From Psammoneis japonica (taxonomy: Eukaryota): a stretch of DNA of 64,000 nucleotides. Below the pieces are notes generated by a model that was not told the origin of the DNA, did not search any database, and saw nothing but the letters and a program-made list of their open reading frames with translations. A program made the translations under genes and the position numbers. The stretch lies in the NCBI GenBank assembly GCA_008632985.1, contig QPGO01000069.1, positions 186,001-250,000 on the forward strand. Direction: 5' to 3'. Shown piece after piece: positions 1 to 11,683 of the stretch; the stretch's first letter is position 1; every line of letters starts with the position of its first letter.

Positions 1-1682
1 CAAGGATGATTGCCTTGGAGGAATGGGGCAACGAATCCCAAATCTGTTGGTGGTCGGGAGGGAGACGTTTCCATTGGTCACCGGTGAGGCTGGGACCGCG
101 GGTGCAGGCAGCATTGGCCTGAAGGATGTCAACATCGCTGTCGATGTCATGGAACACATCATTGGACGGTTCCTCAGAGTGGACATCGTGTGCGTGTGTG
201 GCACGTCGGGGAGCTCGAGGTGTCGTCTTGGGTTGAAATGCACTGTCGCATTGAGCCGCCGCGGAGAGGAGCAAGCCACAACGTTGATCACATGTGAGGC
301 TCTTGCCACTCTGCGTGCGATGCTGATCAGCTTGGTTCTTGACAGCACGGAGTTCCTTGACAGGATGTGCGGCATTCTCGAGCATGACGCGCTTCTGTCC
401 TTCAGAGAAGTGGTCACTGGCCGGGATGAGTGCCTCATGCTTGCGCAACTGATCTTGCCAATGAAGGATGAACCCGTGGGTCGGACCTTTCCAAGCACCA
501 TCACCAAGACGTGCGGTGGCAAGGTGCATGAGCAAGGTGGAGGACTCGATGGATGCACGGGTGGAGGCGAGCGCATGCTCGGACAAGGCGCGGTGGACGG
601 TCTGGGTGTCAGAAGACCCCACATTTTTGCAAATGAGAGCCTTGCCCTTGTCGGTGAGAAGGATGCGTTCGAAGATGGCGAACATGCACTTTTGCTGTTC
701 AGCAAAGAGCAGTTTGTCTTCGGGGCTGGTCGGTTTGTACGACGAGTCGAGAGTGCACTCGACGTCTTGGGCACGGGCTTGTGCCACAAGTGAGGTGTGC
801 CAAGTGTGCCACTGACGGGCTCCAGTCCCAGGTGGGACTCCGTGTGACATTTGGCCCGCAGAATTCTGCGTGCGAGCTCCGTAGTGCGAGAATTCTGTTG
901 ATGGATGTGTTCATCTTCAACATCAAATAAACGGCCAAGTTTGTGGTGCAATTGTGCCTCTTGCCACTCGACTTTTTTGCAAATGCACCTGCCCCACACG
1001 ATTCTTAAGACATTGTAGAATCGCGCTGTAACAAAAAATGTCAAAAGTTGTTGGACGGATCGCTCAATGAGTGCACCGTAAAATGACAAAAAATGTCGAA
1101 AAAATCATGTAGAAATCTACGTGCGCGACATACGACGTGATCCAAAAAACTGTCGATGTCACAGTTCAGCAGTGCGAGGTCCCACCCAGACCTAGAATGC
1201 GTCCACTGCTTGTCAGATTTGAGAGCCGTGAAAGTGGTGGGGTCACGCTTGATGCCTCGCTTGAAGTCTCATGCCGGGTCGTGTGCCTTGGTCGGGTTGG
1301 TGACATGCGGAGGTGCGAGGGGCAAGCTGCCGACGGACACAGAAGACATGCAGTCGGGGCTGAGGCAGCAGGCAAGGAACTCCTCATGCATGAACAACAA
1401 GGAGTCATTGGCAACATCAAGACCTTCGTGTGCTTTGACAATGTGCAGACTGGTCAGAGCTGCTAACATGTTCTTACAACCGCGGGGCAAAGGGATCACA
1501 TTGGTGCCATCATCGCACTCAAGCGAGTCGATTTGTGACGGCATGAACATGAACAGTTCTTGGCGCGAGTCCGTGCCGTCGTGGGTCAAAGCCAAACAAA
1601 GAGGGCTCCCAGCACCTTGGGCAAGCACAGTTCCAACAACGTGCTCAAAACCATCGGTTTGTTGCTGACGAGTGAGAACCAT
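1..1682 (-). mobile_element. Decayed Ty1/copia (CoDi-type diatom) retrotransposon gag, interrupted by a MITE and running off the window's left edge
   Basis: Manual minus-strand translation gives MVLTRQQQ...DFKRGIKRDPTTFTALKSDKQW|HTWHTSLVAQARAQDV...FAEQQKCMFAIFERILLTDKGKALI...ARLGDGAWKGPTHGFILHWQDQLRKHE...FSEGQKRVMLENAAHPVKELRAVKNQADQ, which I recognise as CoDi-type Gag. There is an in-frame TGA at 1269-1271. The frame is restored by removing the MITE at 814-1203 plus one TSD. Confidence 0.85.
814..1203. mobile_element. MITE copy A (non-autonomous TIR element, GACG termini, 4-bp TSD CACT)
   Basis: Left end GACGGGCTCCAGTCCCAGGTGGGAC; right end reverse-complemented GACGCATTCTAGGTCTGGGTGGGAC. 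It is flanked by CACT (810-813) and CACT (1204-1207). Both ends align to the reverse complement of 61324-61725. Confidence 0.9.
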
Positions 1683-2331
1683 GGCAGACAAAAGTGGTGT
1701 CAGGACAAGCGATTCTTGTTGGGACGCGAAGGCAGACTTGAAACTTGGGTGAGAATGGACTTAACTTGAAGTGGACTTGACTTGAAATCTTGAACTACCT
1801 TAAAATCAGAAGTCGCCAGGCTGTGCTGTCCCGATCATTGTCAAGTGCTAAACTTCCCATCCGGTCCGTAGAGTTGTGCCGGCACGTGCGAACCCACAGC
1901 CAGCGGCGCTTTGGGTTGCTTGCAAGCGGAGTAGCGGGTTGTAAACCCCTGCAGGCAAGCTGACTGGAGGTGGACAAGACCCCCGAACCGTTCTCATTTT
2001 ATGTCGGTTGGATTTCTGATCAGGCTGGCCAGTTGACGCAGGTGTTGGGCGCTGTGGATGAACAAACAAACGCGGGAAAAACACCCTTGCCCCAACGCAG
2101 GCTGCAATCACGGCTGCTTGCTCTCACAGTCGTCCTCGTGGACCCAGTGGAACTGCAGAGCACCAGCAGTCCAGGGTAGATCAGGTGCAATGGACTCGGT
2201 GTGCTTGTAGAGTGGTGGCAAAGCCGCAGTCCAAAGAGTGGGCACAAGTTCTTGGCCGTGAAGATGTGTGTGCATGTGTGTCTTCAGCGACGAAGATCCT
2301 TGAACATGTGGGGTTCCTGACCGTTAACCAA

Positions 2332-2601
2332 TGAATGGGTGTGTCAAGGGATGAGGATAAAGGATGGACTTGGATGTGACCGTTGAGTGCATGTCTTCAG
2401 CGACAAAAGGCAGTGCGATCAATCCAGACATCCAGCGACAAGGAGATTTGAACGGTGACGTTAACTTCCTGCCCGATGCCTGGTGTTGAATGCGTGCAGA
2501 CTTGCCGATGCACGCAGAACACATGCGGAGATCCACGCAGAATTGAAGTGGCATCATCGGTAAATCAACGACGATGATGGCGGTTGCTCAATGGGTTGAC
2601 A
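2332..2601 (-). repeat. Putative 5' LTR of the CoDi element, followed by a PBS-like TGGTTAACGGTCAGG
   Basis: On the minus strand the segment starts TGTCAACCC and ends ...CCCATTCA, followed after 1 nt by TGGTTAACGG, upstream of the gag ATG. The second LTR is not in the window, so the boundaries are tentative. Confidence 0.45.
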
Positions 2602-3759
2602 ATGAGCAAGACTGTTAATCTGACAGAAATTGAAGGCAAATGGCAAGAATTCAAACAACAACTCCTTGCTGCTGTCTAAACAGCAGATGAGTCTCCGCTC
2701 AGAGACCGTCACAGGAGCCGAAAGACATGCAAGTCGGCACAATCGGGCTGCTGTTGTTGTTCTTGTGAGCCTTGCTGCCGGCGAGAAAATGTGGACACTG
2801 ATGGGACTCGCGCACATCCACGTGGAAGCAACACCAGGAAAGTGTTCGCAGATGGACACTAAAACACCACAAAACACGATGATCGTTGATGATGCTGCTG
2901 TTGTGCCAGTCTTACGATAATTTCCACTCATTTTTTGCATTGACATGATCACTCGTCTTATGGAGGACTTGCTTGCATCTTGGTTTGGTTGAAACAGAGG
3001 GCAAAACGTTGTTTCGCGAGGTGAGCACATTTGCCACTCGAACTCGTGACTCGATCATGTTTCTGCGAGATGATTTGATGTCGTGGACTCGATGCCTCTC
3101 TTCAACATTCGTTCATGCGTTTGGCATTTCTAATCTATCATTGGTGCTGTCACGTTGCTTTTGCCGTGATGTTGTTTCAGCAGGTTTGATTTTCGGATTT
3201 TGGCATGCCGTTTTGGGTTGCACGTGTCATCTGGAGTTGGGGGGCGGTCAAAAACGCATTGAGCATGCATCCAACACAATTGTTTTGGCCACGGATACAA
3301 CTCACAACGATCACATGCACATTGAATGAGGAATTGACGATTTTGTTGCGTTGACAACCGTTGTCTTGGAGCCGCTCTACCGACACATGAGTTTGTCACG
3401 TCATTGCGGCGCAAAAAGTGAGACTGAGTCGGATGAGTTGATGGCATGAATGATGATTTGCTTGAATGGCCATTGAAATGGCTTCACACGTTTGTTCAGA
3501 CTCGTGGGTGAGCACTGTGAATCACTCTGTTGATGTTCAACCGGAGTGACATTTTTGCATGCCTTTTTCATGTTGCTCAATTTCTGTTCTGCCTTGGTTG
3601 CCACGCAGCAGGCACCAAACAAGCGCCTCGGCGATTCAAGAACAATGTTCAAATGCACAAGAGCCTGCGTTTTCAACATGGCAGCATGTTGGTGAACGGC
3701 CTGGCTAAATGTGCAGCGTGAATTGCTGCTGCATTCCCGCAAATGGTGAGTTTTGGGAT

Positions 3760-6700
3760 TCACACATTGAGAAGTCCAAACGACTCGAAACCTGCACTTT
3801 CTGACACATTGTTGCTCTCCGCCATTGCGAGATCATTGGCAGCTTCTGCAAGACAGCAAACCATTGAAATCTTTTTTTCAGTTAGTGACTCCGAAGCATT
3901 GGAGTTCTGAAGATGTGTCAAGATTTCTGGAGACCAGATGAAAATGCCATCGTTGCCTTCTTTGGCAAGTGCTGCAACTGCTCCTGGTTTTTCCCTGTCA
4001 AAACCAAATGCAACAACTTGCTCTAGATTCTCAAAATGCCCTTTGCGCCCTGCTGTCAACTCTTTTGGGGCTTGCTTGCCAGGGTATGACGAGTGGAACT
4101 TGTTCCCCTGGTGCGACACAGCATGCAGTGACGCACCCTTCTTGTGATCGTTGTTCCGAACTCTGAAGTTTCGCGTCACACCGGAAACTTTCCCAGCACG
4201 AACGGCACGTTTTCCTCGATTCTTGTCTCCATGAACATGCACACCCTCCTGATGTTTGTTGCTTTCGTCTACAACAGGCATGGTGTCCAGGTTGAGGAGG
4301 GCAGTGTCGTCGTCAGCACAGTCTAGATCATCGATGACGTGCTTGGATGGGATCATGATGGAAGCCATCCGGACTAAGTTGTTGTGAAACCATTGCCAGA
4401 CCACGTGGTGACAACATCCATTGTAATCGTTCAAACGATTGCGCTTGTAACGTTCAAGACGCGACGACAATAAACCGGCCAGTTGGTTGCTCCGTTGCAT
4501 CATGTTGTCATCAGCAATGACGATGTCTTCAGCTGCTGTGACATGATTTGCAACCAGCTCACGCCATTTCACATTCTTCAAAACATGTGTAGCTTCAGGT
4601 GAGTTTTCGACTGGAGCACTTGGTGCATCTTCACTTTCAAGCGGAACCTCCTGTCTTTTGCATGTCACGTCGCGGTCACGCAACAACCAAGCGACTCTTG
4701 TCAGGTTTTCTTCCCCTGTCTTCGCATCTTCGAGCTTCCCCTTGTCAGGGAACTTGAAGGAGCAGGTCTTTTTAGCCGTCTCCCATTTTCGCACATGGAC
4801 AAATGCCTGTAGCCTTGGAGCCGTCATGGCATTGAAGTCGTCAAGACTCGCATTCGCAAGCCCTTCGCCGTTTCGCCCTCGGACGCGTGACANNNNNNNN
4901 NNNNNNNNNNNNNNNNNNNNNNNNNNNNNNNNNNNNNNNNNNNNNNNNNNNNNNNNNNNNNNNNNNNNNNNNNNNNNNNNNNNNNNNNNNNNNNNNNNNN
5001 NNNNNNNNNNNNNNNNNNNNNNNNNNNNNNNNNNNNNNNNNNNNNNNNNNNNNNNNNNNNNNNNNNNNNNNNNNNNNNNNNNNNNNNNNNNNNNNNNNNN
5101 NNNNNNNNNNNNNNNNNNNNNNNNNNNNNNNNNNNNNNNNNNNNNNNNNNNNNNNNNNNNNNNNNNNNNNNNNNNNNNNNNNNNNNNNNNNNNNNNNNNN
5201 NNNNNNNNNNNNNNNNNNNNNNNNNNNNNNNNNNNNNNNNNNNNNNNNNNNNNNNNNNNNNNNNNNNNNNNNNNNNNNNNNNNNNNNNNNNNNNNNNNNN
5301 NNNNNNNNNNNNNNNNNNNNNNNNNNNNNNNNNNNNNNNNNNNNNNNNNNNNNNNNNNNNNNNNNNNNNNNNNNNNNNNNNNNCCCTTGTCACGCCCGAG
5401 AGTGACTGGGCTTTCTTCGAGACACCGCAAGATTTCCGCCTTGTTGGGGTGGACAGTTGGGTCGAATGCCTCTGCTGTCAGCAAAGGTTGCAGTGACTCA
5501 ACTGCAGGAAAAACCTTGCTGAGATCACAACCCGCTTCAGATCCAGTGCGAGAAGGGTTGCTTTTGTTCTTGGCAAGTTTCTGTTGCAAATCGAGATTCT
5601 CAATTTCAGGATTGTTCGTGTGCGCCTTCATTTGACCCGCGTCGCCGTCGAACCACAGAAGAGATCGTAGAGTTTCAGGAACGGCTTGTCCCTGTGCCCA
5701 TTCATTGCTGATTTCTCTTTGAGCCTCAAGAAATGGTTGGAAAATGTGCCTTCGGTAGATGACCATTCGTTCGGACTCTCGGTCGGTGACATTGTTGCGC
5801 ATGAACAGGACGCAGCCGCATCCCGCATTGAGGTTTGTGTCTCCACCAGCACACAGACCTCGGACCCGAATCAGATGTGTGCCATCCGCATTGTTGCATT
5901 TGTCTGATGAGCAACCTTTGGGAAGCTCTCGATCTGTGAGTTTCAAGAAGCTAACCATCATGGGTGCCATCTGCCCACACGCGGAAAAGCAGTGCGTGTC
6001 TTTTGCTTGCATGCCTCGCATTGACTTGTCTTCCCCACTCTTGTGTTTTGCGTGAGTGCCGGCATCACAGTTTGAAGACGCAGAGACCAAACGCCACTCA
6101 CTTTTGTTGTTTTTTGTTCCCGCAAACACGCACGTCGTTGTGTCATCCAATCCCACAATGTGCGTGGGTTTAACAGGGTGCACCTCAACTCCCCATGCCT
6201 TCTCAACAAGTTGAAGAAAGAGCTTTGAACCCTCTCCAAGCTTTGGGAATGTGGCGTTTCGAAAATGTCTGTCGTGTCCGACAGCAAAGTGAGTTTGTCC
6301 GATGACGAGAGCCAGTGACATGGCTCCAATCAATGATTGCTCAGCTGTGCGTCGGGCTTCGGTCTTCTGCACGACACTGTCGGTGATGGACATTTTGGGA
6401 TTCGTCGCCGCGGCAAGAGTCCTGCATCGACTGACCGTTGTTCGGTGAACTGTGTGCTCATTGTCTGCTGCAAGGCCTTGATGGTTCATGTCATCCTGCT
6501 TCTTCCCATTTAACATTTTCTTGATGTCCTCTAACCTGACTGTTTGTCCTTTGCTCTCAACCACGTTTCCAGTTGCCTCAACGAGTTTGTTCTCAGTCAT
6601 GATTGGAACGCGACCCCTTGCTCCCCACGCCTCATTGATTGGTTTCCCTTCTCGAATTTTTCGCAGCACCTTGTGTGCACTCTTGTCACTGACATGTGGC

Positions 6701-7395
6701 ACACATTTCTTCTGTGTCATGTCATTGACAATTCCCGCTCACTCTTTTGCGTTCCTTCCTTGAGTTGTGTCACAAACTTCTTGTTTGGTGCACTCAAGCT
6801 GATCTTTTGGTTCAGGGTGCGTGAATGCTGTGGCATTTGACTTCTTCTTTTGAGTTGACTCATCTGAATTTTTCGTGTCCCCTTTTCGTTTTTTCGAGAG
6901 TTTGCGATCACCAGCAGGTGGCGTCTTGATGCGCAAGGCAAGTCGCTCCAGCTCAATGAGTTCATTGGCCTTTCTGGGAGCTGCTGGTGGTGGGATTTTT
7001 TCTTTGTCTTCCACGTTGTTGGGACTTGGCAGAGACGTTGGTTCAAGATTGGCGGTGCGCAAAGCACGTGATTGGGCAACTTTCTCCGAAGCCGCGAGCC
7101 TTCGACGCGCGTGCGGAACGCCCGGCATCTTGGATTCTTTTGCAACTGTTGCATTTGATTCAACAGCAGCTTGTTGAACAATGGAGAGTGTTTCACTAAC
7201 AACTTTCAGACAGTTGCTGGCCTTTTTCAAGTCACGTGCAGTGCTGTTTCTGTCGTCGAGAATTTGCCTGGTGTCTCTCAAAATGACTTGCTGTTGACGG
7301 GTGGCTTGTACGATGTTGGCATTACGAAGCTGAGTTTCAAGTGATTTGTCTTTGGCAGACCGTCTGATGGCAGCATCACCATCTGTTTTAGTCAC
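3760..7395 (-). mobile_element. Decayed DDE (pogo/DDE_1-like) transposase gene with a possible C-terminal GIY-YIG-like domain; spans the assembly gap
   Basis: ORF 3760-6720 has motifs resembling the DDE_1 triad context (IVGLDDTT ... CFSACGQMAPMMV ... RSLLWFDGD ... PSRTGSEAGCDL). The C-terminal part has EGVHVHGDKNRGKRAVRAGK...RNFRVRNNDH. The upstream ORF 6739-7395 may be the N-terminal part. The protein is depleted of Tyr and rich in Cys/His. Confidence 0.55.
4893..5383. other. Assembly gap (run of N)
   Basis: Directly visible run of N. Confidence 1.
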
Positions 7396-7912
7396 ATTGT
7401 TTGTTGTGGCAATGAGAGCAGCTTTTGCATCGATCCGAGATCGTTCTTTTTTTTTTCACGTGGTTTTGTAAGTTGTTTTCGGCGCGTGCTCTTGGATGAC
7501 TCGCACGGAGGTCAAACGCCAAAAATGACCTTTTTCAGTGTCCAGTTGTGCTCGGTGTCCATTCCCGCACGCCGGCAGCTTGTGGCTCGAAAGCAAACTG
7601 CATCGCGCGCGAACGCGTGGAACTGAAGCACACAAAACTGTGCGCGGCAAACCAAACAGCGCGTGACATTTCGCGTGCACCCAAATCCTGTTCAAATCCT
7701 GTCAAAGGTCAGTGGCCACAGCTGGCAATGGCAGGCAAAAGGTTGTCAAATGATGTTGCACTCCACGAGTTTTGGGCCCTGTGTTTCTGGTGCAAGAAAG
7801 CCAGTGGAGCACATGAACCACCGGCACCACATGCCATCTTGGTTGTTGTGTCATTGCTTTTGTCAGAACACCCAAGGAGTTGCATGCAGGACAGTTGGCA
7901 GAGTGTGTTGGC

Positions 7913-8475
7913 GACGTGTTCCAGCCGCACGTGAACCAAATCGTGCACAAAAACGACATTTGCGCGATTTTTGCGCGGTCCCTAACTTACGATCGAACTT
8001 TCACCACCAAAAGTATAGATTTATACAAATATAAATGTTTTGCAACACTAACAAGACTCGTGTGAGTGTTGCAATATCATTGTTATTGTGCTATCTGCTA
8101 TCTATGTTTTTCATTGCGTTAAAAGATTCGTAACACAACGGATGATTTTCGGCGAAAACATTGCCGTTATTTGGATGTTACCTAGACATATCTTTGTACG
8201 ATGCTACTTGGTAGGTTTTCTACCTACAAAAAATCTCAGTATAAATCTACTGACGTACAATCAGGATTGAGTCTAGGTACTGAGGAAGTTTATGATACAA
8301 ATCCCATGAGGATTTGAACACCCCTCAAAAAACTATTTAAATGTGCATACTCTAGAAGCCTATAAAAGTCAATCCGTCTAAGTATTTTTATTAAAATGCT
8401 GTATACACTAAAATATACATAAATTATATTCAAAATCCGATTGTCGTTTTGTGCGTCACCTGGATGGAACACGTC
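7913..8475. mobile_element. MITE copy C (GACGTGTTCCA TIR, 4-bp TSD TGGC), AT-rich interior
   Basis: Left end GACGTGTTCCAGCC...GCACAAAAACGACA; right end reverse-complemented GACGTGTTCCATCC...GCACAAAACGACA. It is flanked by TGGC (7909-7912) and TGGC (8476-8479). Confidence 0.85.
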
Positions 8476-11047
8476 TGGCAGTTCTTTTGGTTTAGATCAC
8501 AGCACCTGCTGGCTGCGGGTGTGATCTCTGGTCTTGGGACAGAAGCCCAGCTGCCCACCAGAAGACAGGAGACACCAACACCCAGGGTGATGATTCTTCA
8601 GACAGGCGCCAATTTGGAGGATGTCTCTCCAGCTTGCTGCCAGCTGAAGAATCTTGTGCAGAGAATTTGTGCCAAAAAAGCCTGTCGATTAGTGTGTTTG
8701 GGGGTTTTGGCCACATTTGGTGAATGCCAGATGGAGTTGTTTTTGTTGCACACAACAACACACTGGCAATGTCCCCAAATGTGCTGACAAGCAGTCTTTT
8801 TTCAGCCAGCAGCTGGCTGGAGAACTCCCCCAGATCAGTTGGCAGGTGACTGTCTTGCTGCTCTCTTGTGATGCCTCATGAGATGGAAGTCTCATTTGGC
8901 ACTCATGCCATTTTCTGCTGGCTCTTGTTGGGCTCTTCATGTGCTCTCCCCATTGCCAGGGTGGGTCACATGATGTCCACTTGAAAAGGAAGGAACCAGG
9001 TTCAAGAACATTGGGTGTGCTGGTCTTGCTGAACCACATCCCTCGTTGCTTTTCTTTTTTTGTTGCACCAACTGCAGGGCAACTCAGGCAAGATTCATGA
9101 TGGCAAGGTTGCAAGCCCCCAATGCCAGGCATGTCCTGCTTGGAATCTAATTAAGCCAAGACTCTGGGTGTTCAAAAGGGCCCCAAAAGTTAAGCCCAGT
9201 GGCATGCCGGAATGAAGGGTGCTTGGCAAACAAAGCATGGATTTGTTGAACTTGGTGACATGACAACTCAAGTGGTGACCCATGTGCTGACTTGTTTGAA
9301 GCACTTGAAGATTAAAACTGGGCAACAGAGTCAAATTCATGGCAAACCACACCACAGCATTGACAAGTTTTGCATCTGATGGCTTGTTGCTGGGGTCAAC
9401 AACCCCAGCTGTGCAACTCAAAACAAGCTCAGATGCTGCAAGTCAGCAGCCAAAACTGCTTTGTCAAGAAAAGCCAGGACACACATGCCCAAAACTTTGC
9501 AGCACTGATGAATCTCACTCAGCTGTCTCAGAACAGTCTTGTCCTTCTGGTTCAAAAAACACAACCAGGTTTTTTCAACTGGAGTTTGTTGCCAGTGCAG
9601 TTGCCATGGATGCACTGCATCTTGGGAGTTTGGCTCCAGTTGGATGCTCCACAGTCTGGCAAATGGATGGTCCCACCATGCAAGCACCTTTGCAGACTCT
9701 CCAGATAAAAAAATGAAAGCTGCAATTCTTTGTTGACCAGATGCAGACTCCAAACCAAAAAGCCAAAAGCTGCAATGCAGCCAGCTTGAGACAGGAGACA
9801 GATGAGTCATTTGTTTCCAACAAAGATTTGTTGGACACATGCTTTGTTGCATTGCACCACATCAGTTGTGAATCTTGGGTTGGACATTCACTTGCAACTT
9901 GAATCTTGCAATTAATTGTGACTGTGTGCACCATCTTTGCAAAGCATGCTTGTCAACTCTGGCGGAAGCTGCTCCAAGGACCTCTTCTGGAGCTGTGTCA
10001 AGTGGCCCAATTTCAAAAAGCCCAGCTCCAGCAATGAGATGAGGCCGACTGACAAGATTTTCTTCCAAATTAAGATGTCCTGGTGGATGTGCATGATCAT
10101 GTCCTCCATCCTGCTGCCTGGACTTCCACAATCAACTCTGACAATGCCAAAATCATTGCAGCCAGTGTGATGATGATTTCCATTGTGTTGTCCAGTGCTT
10201 TCCACAGCAGCAGCACCAGAGGCCCTCTTTGGTCAGATCCACTTTTGTGACAGCTTGGGTGTGATGATGCACATTGCCTCAGTCAGAGGCAGGTCCAAAG
10301 TTGTTTTCATCAGTTGTCAGCATGTGAAAAAATCAAGTTTTTGCACCAGCATGATCACGCAGAAACACCTGCGCATTTTGTCTCATTTTCATCATGGAGA
10401 TTAAAAGGGTGAAGAAAAACTCATGCAGTGACTTGGATTTTTTTGGTGAGTGTTGCATGATTTTCAGCAGATGGCTGAAATGACTGCAGCCAACATCACT
10501 TGCTTGATGTGTTGGGTGCTCTTGGTCTGCTGGCCAGTGATGCTCATCTGAACAGCAGCCTTGTCATCCAGGAGGAGAATTGCAGGGGACATTGTGAGAG
10601 CACTTTTTGGTGCTCCTGAGAGGCAGGTGAAGTTGCAGGCTAACATGCAGGGCACACGCAACATGCACAGCTCCAGCACAGGTGCCCACCAACTCAGCTT
10701 CAACAGTGGACATGGCAACAGAGTGCAGGAGCAGTCAAATTGACATCAGCCCTGCTGGCTTTCATCTGTGAACACCATGAATGCAGAATGGCTAAAGTTG
10801 CAAGCCTCACAATTCACAAACCCAGGGCTCTTAGACAGGGGTGGCAAAGAACTTGATTGTAACATCTTGATGCTTTCAGAGGAGGTGGCCAAAAAGGTGG
10901 ACAAGGGTGTCAAAGTCAGGGTTGCTGCAAGCCTTGGCAAGAAGCTTGCACAGGAAAGGTGATCCACAAGTCACTGCACTGGTGCTTCACAGGTGAAGCA
11001 GAGCATCAAGCAGATGGAGGACATTGGAGGTTCAAAGTGGTGTGCTG

Positions 11048-11561
11048 GCTCTGGTGTTGCTGTTTGCTTCATCAGCGATGATGCTCCCAAGGGTGACTGC
11101 CAGGAGAGAGGTGAAGAAGAGGAGTGGAGCCATGCCCAAGATGTTCTTGGCTGCTGCCTCCTTTCACAGCAGCACCATCAACTTCAACTCCTGGCTTTTT
11201 TAAAATTCAGCATGCTTGTTGCTTTGGCGCACAGAGAGCTCAGCACCACAAATGGCACCCCTGCTCTTTGTTTGAGGAAGAGTTTGGATGAACAGCCAAG
11301 AGTGCTGCAACCATTGCCTCCATCTTTGGCTGGATGAACCTTTTCACTCATGGACTTGGAGGGTTGTTGCTTCTGACAAACTCAGTGCCAAGGTGGGGGT
11401 GCATGGCTGTTTGCTTGTCCACACCATCTTCCTTGCCTGCAAGCAAGCAATGATGCTCATCTTTGGCAACAATGCCAGTTCCCCTGGACTTGCCATCTTT
11501 GTCATGATTTTGTTTTCTCATGACTGCAGTGCCGTTCCTTGTGTTGACCCCCTGTCAACTG
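11048..11561 (+). pseudogene. Degenerate internal fragment of an NRT2 nitrate transporter gene
   Basis: Aligns by eye to 19073-19588 of the intact NRT2 (e.g. CCATTGCCTCCATCTTTGGCTGGATGAACCTTTTC and CACACCATCTTCCTTGCCTGC are identical). It has frameshifts and an internal deletion. Confidence 0.92.
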
Positions 11562-11683
11562 CCCCCACCTTCTCAAGCCTTGTCCTTGTCCTTGCACTCA
11601 CCCCACTTTGCCAAGAGCTGTGCCAACACTCCCCACCTTGTTCCAAGTCTGCCGCCTCTTCCTGCCTCAATGACAACCATGCC
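11461..11683 (+). repeat. ~220-bp direct repeat, copy 1 (NRT2 fragment fused to non-NRT2 sequence)
   Basis: Near-identical to 14777-14997. Confidence 0.9.

Noticed and set aside
23..793. 256-aa + strand ORF as a gene
   Set aside because: It is the antisense shadow of the CoDi gag on the minus strand.
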